Virus record (IMG/VR): IMGVR_UViG_3300028580_000062
Location: 1 to 64,000 of that record
DNA: 64,000 nucleotides
Strand: one strand, 5' to 3'
Source: a virus
Taxonomy: Duplodnaviria; Caudoviricetes
The translations under genes and the position numbers were made by a program. The stretch's first letter is position 1. Every line of letters begins with the position of its first letter. Positions 29,300 to 36,718 of the stretch are shown here, piece after piece. The notes under the pieces were generated by a model. The model was not told the DNA's origin. It saw only the letters and a list, made by a program, of their open reading frames with translations, and searched no databases.

Positions 29300-30279
29300 G
29301 TAGGAATGGAGCCGAATATAAAGGTATGATAAAATTAGAAGTGATTTCGCTGTTTGATAATAAGAATCAAGATGCTGGAGCGCAAAATACTAATCATGAT
29401 GATAAGATTGAACAGATGAAAAAATGTCCTCACCTTGTACAATATCAAGGAAGTAAAAGAAATTTAGCACCTATTATCGTAAAGTACTTTCCAAAAGAGA
29501 TTAAGCGCTTAATTGAACCATTTAGTGGGACTGCAGCACTTTCAATATATTCTGCATACAATGGATTGGCCGATTCCTTCTTGCTAAACGATATAAATTC
29601 GGCTGTTATAAAACTTTTGGAAAAATGCGTTACTGATCCAGATGCTCTAGTCGAAGAATATAAGAAAATATGGACTGGTCAATTTGCTGATAATACAGAT
29701 AGTAATGATTATTATTACAAAATGCGTGAATTATTTAATAAAGGGAATCCCGATGAAGCTTTAACGCTTTTTATATTAGCACGTGTTGCAAAGGGAGCAA
29801 TTAGATATAACTTACACGGTGAAATGAACCAGATATGTGACAAACGCAGATTTGGTACGAAGCCTGAAAATGTATTGGAAAATGCTTGCGCAATTTCTTA
29901 TTTACTAAAAAATCGAACAGAGTTTTACAATACTGATTATAAAGATGTTTTGAAAATGGCAAAGAAAGGCGATTTGGTATACATGGACCCTCCCTACCAA
30001 GGGGTGATTTCTGGGCTTAGCCAACGCTATATAAGCGGATTAGACTTTGATGAGTTTGTTGATTCATTATCACAGCTCAACAAGAGAAATGTTGATTATA
30101 TAGTAAGTTATGATGGTCAAACTGGGGACAAAAAATTTGGCCAGGATCTTCCCGAGTCTCTTGAGTTGCAACATGTTCTTATTAATGCGGGGAGAAGCAG
30201 CCAGGCAACTTTGAATGGAAAAGTTGAAACTACTTATGAATCCTTATATATTAGTAAGGGGATACGAAAAGACTTATGA
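29284..30279 (+). CDS. Dam-like (D12 class) N6-adenine DNA methyltransferase
   Basis: YQGSKR, IEPFSGTA, LLNDIN and YMDPPY motifs; the true start may be downstream. Confidence 0.85.
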   Translation: MASKISRNGAEYKGMIKLEVISLFDNKNQDAGAQNTNHDDKIEQMKKCPHLVQYQGSKRNLAPIIVKYFPKEIKRLIEPFSGTAALSIYSAYNGLADSFLLNDINSAVIKLLEKCVTDPDALVEEYKKIWTGQFADNTDSNDYYYKMRELFNKGNPDEALTLFILARVAKGAIRYNLHGEMNQICDKRRFGTKPENVLENACAISYLLKNRTEFYNTDYKDVLKMAKKGDLVYMDPPYQGVISGLSQRYISGLDFDEFVDSLSQLNKRNVDYIVSYDGQTGDKKFGQDLPESLELQHVLINAGRSSQATLNGKVETTYESLYISKGIRKDL

Positions 30280-31034
30280 AAAATAATGATGATGTAAAAT
30301 TAGACTCAGGGAAGATAATATCAAGGGAGTTTTATAATAGATTGCTGTCTGTTAAAGGTAAGCGTGCTAAATTTGTTGTAGATACGATTATGAAAAAGGG
30401 CTCATGTTCTACAGAAGATTTGCAGGAAGCTGGCTATCAACATGCCCCAAGGGCAGCTCGTGATGTAAGGGAAGAGGGAATTCCACTAATCACCGAGCAC
30501 GGGCAAGATAAAAGCGGTAAGAAAATGGGCGTTTACGTCTTGGGAGATTGGAATGAAGCGTATTCCAGCGATTCATTAACCAGGACTAAAGGTAGAAGTG
30601 TTTTGTCAAATAAATTAAAAGAAGCATTGATTCAGGGCAACGGAAATTATTGCGCTTTATACGGAGAAAAGTATGAAGAACGATTACTTCAAGTTGACCA
30701 TAGAATCCCATATGAAATAAACGGTGATCCTGAAAATATGAATGATACACAGTATTTTATGTTACTTTGCCCGAGTGCAAATCGGTTGAAAAGTTGGTCA
30801 TGTGAGCACTGTTCTAACTGGACAAAAAAAGATCCCTCCATGTGCAGAAAATGTTATTTTGCATATCCAGAAAATTATGATCACATCGCAGGCGTTAAGG
30901 AGAAAACGGTCAATCTTTCTTTCAGAGACAATGATTATGACATTTATAAATCAATTGAAGAATTGTCGAAGAAAGAAAACATTTCAATTCAGGAAGCTAC
31001 AAAAGAAATTCTGAGTAGCAGTCTGAAAAAGTGA
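30276..31034 (+). CDS. HNH endonuclease, putative restriction partner of the adjacent MTase
   Basis: LQVDHRIPY...LLCPSANRLKS; 4-nt overlap with the MTase. Confidence 0.7.
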   Translation: MKNNDDVKLDSGKIISREFYNRLLSVKGKRAKFVVDTIMKKGSCSTEDLQEAGYQHAPRAARDVREEGIPLITEHGQDKSGKKMGVYVLGDWNEAYSSDSLTRTKGRSVLSNKLKEALIQGNGNYCALYGEKYEERLLQVDHRIPYEINGDPENMNDTQYFMLLCPSANRLKSWSCEHCSNWTKKDPSMCRKCYFAYPENYDHIAGVKEKTVNLSFRDNDYDIYKSIEELSKKENISIQEATKEILSSSLKK

Positions 31035-31126
31035 AACTTTAAAACGAGTTATTTAGAATGATGAAAAGCTTAAAAAAAAGAAGGAATTTTGATCCTTCTT
31101 TTTTTTTATAAGTATTATTGTAGATT

Positions 31127-31315
31127 TTATTTCTTGTTAAGCATGTCTTTTTTTATTAAGTCAGTAATATAGCCTTTCTTACATGGCTGCTGCTCAATCC
31201 AAGCAATTAAATCACTATCTTTATCAAATGATAAACGGAATGAAACCATTTTATAATTTGTTGTGAGATAATGAGATTTATATGCTTTACGATTTTTTGT
31301 AGCCTTTGTACTCAT
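31127..31315 (-). CDS. Small basic ribbon-helix-helix-like protein
   Basis: YKMVSFRLS strand plus helices; paralog of the neighbouring gene. Confidence 0.55.
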   Translation of the reverse strand: MSTKATKNRKAYKSHYLTTNYKMVSFRLSFDKDSDLIAWIEQQPCKKGYITDLIKKDMLNKK

Positions 31316-31355
31316 GGTAAATCTGCTCCTTCATAATTTGAAATACTTAGCAAGG

Positions 31356-31580
31356 TTACTTCTTTGTATTCATTTTAGCTTTTTTTTGCTGCTTTTTCAT
31401 GTCTTTTCTAATCAGCGATGTAATGTATTCTTTGTGAGCAGGATGCTGATCGAGCCAATTAACAATTTCTGTTTCATTTATTATTGAGAATCTTAATGAA
31501 AACATACGATAATGAGTGTTCGCATATTTAGTGTTATATGCCTGTCTTTGCTTTGTTGTTTTTGCCTTTGTTTTTGTCAT
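31356..31580 (-). CDS. Small basic ribbon-helix-helix-like protein
   Basis: GGGGAG RBS; YRMFSLRFS...YITSLIRKDM. Confidence 0.55.
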   Translation of the reverse strand: MTKTKAKTTKQRQAYNTKYANTHYRMFSLRFSIINETEIVNWLDQHPAHKEYITSLIRKDMKKQQKKAKMNTKK

Positions 31581-31917
31581 TGTAAGCTCTCCCCAATAAG
31601 TTTGTATATACAGTCTATTTACATTATATGACACTTTGATTATAAACCAAATGTTTGCATGCAAGTTTGTTTTTTTTAATAATCAATCACGAATTCATCT
31701 GCTGTCTTGTTCTATTTTTGAATTAATATCAGTTACATATTTGCAAATGGTAAGGAGCGAAATACAAAAGGTTAATCTAGCATGGGCACATGATCAAAGT
31801 TCAAAAAATTACACATAACTTGAATAATATACTTTTAACTATAAAAATAAAAATTGAACCATTGACATTCTATGGTTCGAAAGCTAGTATATTGGTACAA
31901 ACACAGGAGAGAAAACG

Positions 31918-32865
31918 ATGTCGAGACAGTATGATGAGGCAATGGAAGGTCATTTTGACCTTAATGGAACTGAATATGTCTTAGTGGAACCAAGTAATAT
32001 GAATGAACTTGTTCAAGCCTTTGAAGTTAAATCGGCACTGGAGACATATATTAGCGGTTTTATGCATGATGAAGATTCAAGTGGATATGTGAGTCTTCTG
32101 CAAGAGCAAGAAGATTACATCAGGGAATACGCGGATTCTCTTGGTGAATTTGATAGCACGATTCTCTCGAACAATATTACGTTTCTTACAAAGAAAAACG
32201 GGTTGAAAGTTGGAGAACTGGAATCAATGTTGGATATTAGTGCTGGATACATTTCGCGTACAATAAAGGAAAATTCCAAAAAGAAAATGAGTATCGATAC
32301 AGTTTGGAAGATTGCTCAACTTTTCGGTATTGATATTGAAGCATTGATTGCAACAGAACTGTGGGTTCCACGCACTAATACAGCTTTATTAGAAAAGTTC
32401 ATTGATTGCCTTTATCAAGAAACATCAACCAATATTGTGACGTGGGAATGCGATGGTGGAATTATTCATACTTTGAATAAGCGGTATGAACAAATGGGTC
32501 TTTTAACAGAAGGAAGAGACGGCTCTGTGATCTATCATCCTAACCATTTAAACCAAAGCGATCAGTGGAATTTATCTAAAGATGTAATGTGTGTTGAACA
32601 TTTTGAGGGCGGAAAGGATCTTGTAATAATTCCACATCATATGAATACCAGTGAGAAATTGGGTGGATATGATTATATCTTTGTGTGGAATGAAGAAGGA
32701 AGCTGGCATTGGGAAAAAGTGTTTTATACCAGTGATGATCCATTTGGGTCTTTGCGTAAAAAGTCTGATGCACTCTATGACTTATTGGAAAGTTTGGAAG
32801 GTGATACAAAACTATCTCCAAAAATTCATCAGTTGATTACTAACTACATAAAAGGCGGACGATGA
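31918..32865 (+). CDS. XRE HTH-containing regulator
   Basis: Central LKVGELESMLDISAGYISR HTH. Confidence 0.7.
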   Translation: MSRQYDEAMEGHFDLNGTEYVLVEPSNMNELVQAFEVKSALETYISGFMHDEDSSGYVSLLQEQEDYIREYADSLGEFDSTILSNNITFLTKKNGLKVGELESMLDISAGYISRTIKENSKKKMSIDTVWKIAQLFGIDIEALIATELWVPRTNTALLEKFIDCLYQETSTNIVTWECDGGIIHTLNKRYEQMGLLTEGRDGSVIYHPNHLNQSDQWNLSKDVMCVEHFEGGKDLVIIPHHMNTSEKLGGYDYIFVWNEEGSWHWEKVFYTSDDPFGSLRKKSDALYDLLESLEGDTKLSPKIHQLITNYIKGGR

Positions 32866-33065
32866 TTATGACGAAGATAAAACGCCCAATCCGTGATCTA
32901 CATAGTGACAAGCAAACACAAACACGTTTCTGTGATGTGGTTATAGATGGAGACAATGTTTACTTGGAACAAAAGAAGGAAAAGAATACTTATGTAACAA
33001 TCTCCTGGGATGATGTTGTTTACCAGGTAAAAGCAGCAAAAGATAAAGCTGCAATCAGTAAATAA
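32862..33065 (+). CDS. Small hypothetical protein
   Basis: Overlaps the stop of the upstream regulator; followed by a terminator. Confidence 0.55.
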   Translation: MIMTKIKRPIRDLHSDKQTQTRFCDVVIDGDNVYLEQKKEKNTYVTISWDDVVYQVKAAKDKAAISK

Positions 33066-33107
33066 GAAACTACCGCAACCGGTCCCGTAACCATTCGAGG
33101 AACCAAC

Positions 33108-33162
33108 AGCCGGAGTTATCTGAAAACCCACAAGGGTTAATCAGGTAACTCCGGCTTTTTGT
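33108..33162 (+). terminator. Long-stem intrinsic terminator
   Basis: AGCCGGAGTTATCTGA pairs with TCAGGTAACTCCGGCT, followed by a T-tract. Confidence 0.7.
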
Positions 33163-33438
33163 ATTGGAAAAAAGGAAAGGATGGAGGATTTGTGTACAAC
33201 GATACTTCTTAGCATCAGGAGCATTTCTTACAAGTAGTGAATAATCGCAATTACATACAAGTATCAGCCTGAGTTGCGCATGAAGGCAGGTACTGCATAC
33301 AGTAATAAACAACCCATAAGGGAAGTTTATATGTCTGGAGCAGACACCTTTCTTTCATGCGCCTTTTTTATGGCCGGGCTGCCCAGATAGGAATGCAGTG
33401 ATCCTGCCTTCATCGCCTCAGCAAATGAGGAGAAAAAG

Positions 33439-33915
33439 ATGAAGGAAGAAGTAAAAGAGAGATTCATTGAGATCAATGGGCAGATGGTCCAGGTTTCAGA
33501 AGAAGTATATAGGGCATTTAAGCGTCCTGCATGGGCAGAAAGACAAAGGAACAGACGTAAGTGGAGATGCAAAGCTGAAGGTAAACGCTGCATGAAAAAC
33601 TGTGACGAATGCACAAGGAAAGCAGATGGAGCGCCGCTTTCACTGGATGAATGGTATGAAGACCCAAAGGAATTCAAACAACAGGAGATTAGTTCAGAAG
33701 AGATATTTATGAGAGATCTTGCAGTTGAAGCTTTGCATCAGGCAATTTCCATGCTGGCTGATAACGATCAGGCAATTCTCATTCTCTACAGTGAAGGATT
33801 CTCTGACCACAAGATTTCTGACCGAATTGGTATGCCGCAGACAACGGTCAGTTACAGAAGAAAGATCCTTATTAAAGCTCTACGTGAGCAGTTGAAGGAT
33901 TATCACGAAGGATAA
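33439..33915 (+). CDS. Sigma-70 region-4-like phage transcription factor
   Basis: VQVSEEVYRAF...RCMKNCDEC plus HTH SDHKISDRIGMPQTTVSYR. Confidence 0.8.
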   Translation: MKEEVKERFIEINGQMVQVSEEVYRAFKRPAWAERQRNRRKWRCKAEGKRCMKNCDECTRKADGAPLSLDEWYEDPKEFKQQEISSEEIFMRDLAVEALHQAISMLADNDQAILILYSEGFSDHKISDRIGMPQTTVSYRRKILIKALREQLKDYHEG

Positions 33916-33938
33916 AGAAAAATATTTATTCAAATTTT

Positions 33939-33965
33939 GCTCAATTTATTTCGAACTGTCCTGTG
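33939..33965 (+). promoter_or_regulatory. Putative element-sigma promoter GCTCAA-N14-TCCTGTG
   Basis: Repeated with identical spacing at 39619; both copies continue TCCTGTGTGTATTGGAAGGA. Confidence 0.55.
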
Positions 33966-34011
33966 TGTATTGGAAGGAAACAAGACAACTTCCGGAAAGA
34001 TGAGGAAATCT

Positions 34012-34158
34012 ATGAAAAGCATTGAATCAGATTCAAGGCACAAGATTACATCTGATGACGTAATCGACATCCTCCAGTTAGTAACCATGGTATCAAAGAC
34101 CGTTGGTGATTGGCTGCAGATGAAAAAGGAAAGGGGAAGTTACGATGGCAAAGAATAA
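34012..34158 (+). CDS. Small phage hypothetical protein
   Basis: GAGGA RBS; counterpart of 1435..1638. Confidence 0.5.
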   Translation: MKSIESDSRHKITSDDVIDILQLVTMVSKTVGDWLQMKKERGSYDGKE

Positions 34159-34438
34159 TGATATCTCGCTTGCCCTGGATGAGCTGAAGAAGTGTGGTGA
34201 AACATTAATTGCACTGTCTGAAGCCATGAGGGGAACAGAACCACAGCCAGTAGAAGTGAAGCCAGTCAACTTCGAAGAATTGAGAGCACTCCTAGCCAAG
34301 AAGACACGCGTTAGTAAGCAGAACACAGATGCAATCCGCGAACTTCTCTTGAAGCATGGAGTAAACAAACTCTCAGAACTGAAAAAGGAAGACTACCCAA
34401 CACTGATGGATGAGGCAAAGGAGCTTCCGGATGCCTGA
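34145..34438 (+). CDS. Small conserved phage protein
   Basis: Paralog of 1161..1499 (FEELRALLAKK...LLLKHGVNKLS). Confidence 0.75.
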   Translation: MAKNNDISLALDELKKCGETLIALSEAMRGTEPQPVEVKPVNFEELRALLAKKTRVSKQNTDAIRELLLKHGVNKLSELKKEDYPTLMDEAKELPDA

Positions 34439-35552
34439 GCAGCACGCATTTCTGTCCGCATCATCCAGTGCGAGGTGGATTGCCTGCCCGCCATCCGCCA
34501 AATTGAACGCTGGCACTGGTGGCAAAACCAGTGACTACGCAATCCAGGGCACAGCAGCACACGCACTGTGCGAGTTCAAATTGAAGTCAGCACTTGGGAT
34601 TCCAGTACGTGATCCAACAGGAGACCTCGATTGCTATGACCAGGAAATGGAAGAGTGCGCTGAAGGTTATGCGTCATTCGTCATGGAACAGGTCATGAAG
34701 GCAAAAGAGACATGCAAAGATCCAACTGTTCTGGTTGAGGAAATGCTGGATCTGTCTCGCTGGATTCCTGAATCATTCGGAACCGCGGATGCACTGATTA
34801 TTGCTGACGGAACACTCACGATTGTCGATATGAAATACGGCACGGGTATTAAGGTCGAAGGCTCATCATCACAGCTTCGGTGTTATGCACTGGGAAGTGT
34901 GGATAAGTTTGATGGCATCTATGACATCAAGAATGTCCGTATGGTTATCTACCAGCCGCGTTTAGAGAACATCAGTGAATGTGACATGACAAAGGATGAA
35001 CTGCTTGAATGGGCAGATAACATCCTGGTACCGGCAGCGAAACTTGCCTTTGTTGGTGAAGGCGAATTTGCCGCAGGTGCACATTGCCAGTTCTGCAGTG
35101 TCAAAGCCACCTGCAGGAAGCGGACAGAAGAGAACTTAGCACTGGCAAAGTATGACTTTGAAATGCCACCAACATTGAAGGATGAGGAAATTGAAGCCAT
35201 CCTTCCACAATTAGATCAGCTCGTATCCTGGGCTTCCGACATTAAGGACTATGCATTGAAAGAGGCACTGTCTGGAAAGAAATGGTCTGGATACAAACTG
35301 GTTGCAGGAAGATCCAATCGTAAGTTCACCAATGAGGATGCAGTAGCACAGGCAGTTACTGCCGCTGGCTACGACCCATACGAGAAGAGTCTTCTTGGTA
35401 TCACCGCAATGACTTCTTTACTCGGTAAGAAGAAGTTTGAAGAATTACTAAGCAGTTTAGTGGATCGGCCACAGGGAAAACCGACACTGGTTCCACAAAG
35501 CGATAAGCGGCCGGAGTTGAACACGGCAGCAGATGATTTCAAAGACAAATAA
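34431..35552 (+). CDS. DUF2800 family phage protein
   Basis: HAFLSASSSARWIACPPS, FGTADALII, CQFCSVKATC. Confidence 0.9.
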   Translation: MPEQHAFLSASSSARWIACPPSAKLNAGTGGKTSDYAIQGTAAHALCEFKLKSALGIPVRDPTGDLDCYDQEMEECAEGYASFVMEQVMKAKETCKDPTVLVEEMLDLSRWIPESFGTADALIIADGTLTIVDMKYGTGIKVEGSSSQLRCYALGSVDKFDGIYDIKNVRMVIYQPRLENISECDMTKDELLEWADNILVPAAKLAFVGEGEFAAGAHCQFCSVKATCRKRTEENLALAKYDFEMPPTLKDEEIEAILPQLDQLVSWASDIKDYALKEALSGKKWSGYKLVAGRSNRKFTNEDAVAQAVTAAGYDPYEKSLLGITAMTSLLGKKKFEELLSSLVDRPQGKPTLVPQSDKRPELNTAADDFKDK

Positions 35553-35569
35553 TGGAGGAAGAAAATATT

Positions 35570-36136
35570 ATGTCTAAATTAGCAAATCCTACAAAGGTTA
35601 TCACAGGAAAAGATACAAGATGGTCCTACTGTAATGCATGGGAACCAAAGAGCATCAATGGCGGCACACCGAAGTACTCAGTCAGTCTGATTATCCCAAA
35701 GAAGGATACAGTCACCGTCAGCAAGATCCAGGCAGCAATCCAGGCGGCGTATGAAGAAGGTTCCGGAAAGTTGAAAGGTAACGGCAAGTCCGTGCCTGCA
35801 CTCTCTACAATCAAGACACCGCTCAGAGATGGCGATGTTGAAAGACCGGATGATGAGGCATACAAGGATTCATACTTCATCAATGCAAACTCGGCAACGG
35901 CACCTGGCATCGTTGATGCTGACCGTCAGGAGATCATTGATCATTTCGAAGTCTACTCGGGCGTCTATGGTAGAGCCAGCATTTCATTCTATGCCTTTAA
36001 CAGTTCTGGCAATCGTGGTATTGCTTGCGGTTTGAACAACCTGCAGAAGATTCGTGATGGGGAGCCATTAGGCAGCAGAGCCCGTGCTGAAGACGACTTC
36101 AGTGAAGATGACGGGGACGATGACTTCCTGTCCTAA
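35570..36136 (+). CDS. DUF2815 family ssDNA-binding protein
   Basis: PKYSVSLII, PLRDGD, GIACGLNNLQK; acidic C-terminal tail DDDFLS. Confidence 0.9.
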   Translation: MSKLANPTKVITGKDTRWSYCNAWEPKSINGGTPKYSVSLIIPKKDTVTVSKIQAAIQAAYEEGSGKLKGNGKSVPALSTIKTPLRDGDVERPDDEAYKDSYFINANSATAPGIVDADRQEIIDHFEVYSGVYGRASISFYAFNSSGNRGIACGLNNLQKIRDGEPLGSRARAEDDFSEDDGDDDFLS

Positions 36137-36145
36137 TGAGTATGA

Positions 36146-36180
36146 AGCCAGGCGGGAGTAGTCCTGTCTGGCTTTTTCAG
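36146..36180 (+). terminator. Intrinsic terminator after DUF2815
   Basis: AAGCCAGGCGGGA/TCCTGTCTGGCTT stem plus T-run. Confidence 0.55.
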
Positions 36181-36181
36181 A

Positions 36182-36718
36182 TTGGAGGAGTATGGTATGG
36201 AAATTTGGAAAGATATACCTGGATATGAAGGAAGATATCAGGCAAGCACAGAGGGAAGAATCCGCAGTGTCTCTAGAATAATACAGGAGAAAAATATCAG
36301 TACAGGAAAGATTTATTATCACAACATCAGTGGCCGAATATTAAAACCTGGTCGGTATTGTAAATCAGGACATTTATCAGTTGTACTTGGACATGGAGCG
36401 GATGGCAGCCCTGTACACCAACTTGTAATGCGTACTTTTATTGGTGAACCACCGGTCGGTATGGAAGTATTACATAAGAATGGCAATCCAACTGATAATC
36501 AACTGTGCAATTTACATTATGGAACACGAACTGAAAACATTCTTGATGTCTATCGACAAGGAGGAAAGTGGAGAAAACTTTCTGTTGATGATGTTGAAGC
36601 GATTAGATTTGGACTTTGGTGTGGAATAAAAGGAGCAGAACTTTCTCGTATGTTTGATGTTGCTCCTATCTCTATTAGCCGCATTAAAAATGAAAGGACA
36701 TTTGCATGGCTAGAATGA
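36182..36718 (+). CDS. Free-standing NUMOD4-HNH homing endonuclease
   Basis: EIWKDIPGYEGRYQASTEGRIRS (NUMOD4); VHQLVMRTF...VLHKNGNPTDNQLCNL...TENI (HNH). Confidence 0.9.
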   Translation: MEEYGMEIWKDIPGYEGRYQASTEGRIRSVSRIIQEKNISTGKIYYHNISGRILKPGRYCKSGHLSVVLGHGADGSPVHQLVMRTFIGEPPVGMEVLHKNGNPTDNQLCNLHYGTRTENILDVYRQGGKWRKLSVDDVEAIRFGLWCGIKGAELSRMFDVAPISISRIKNERTFAWLE

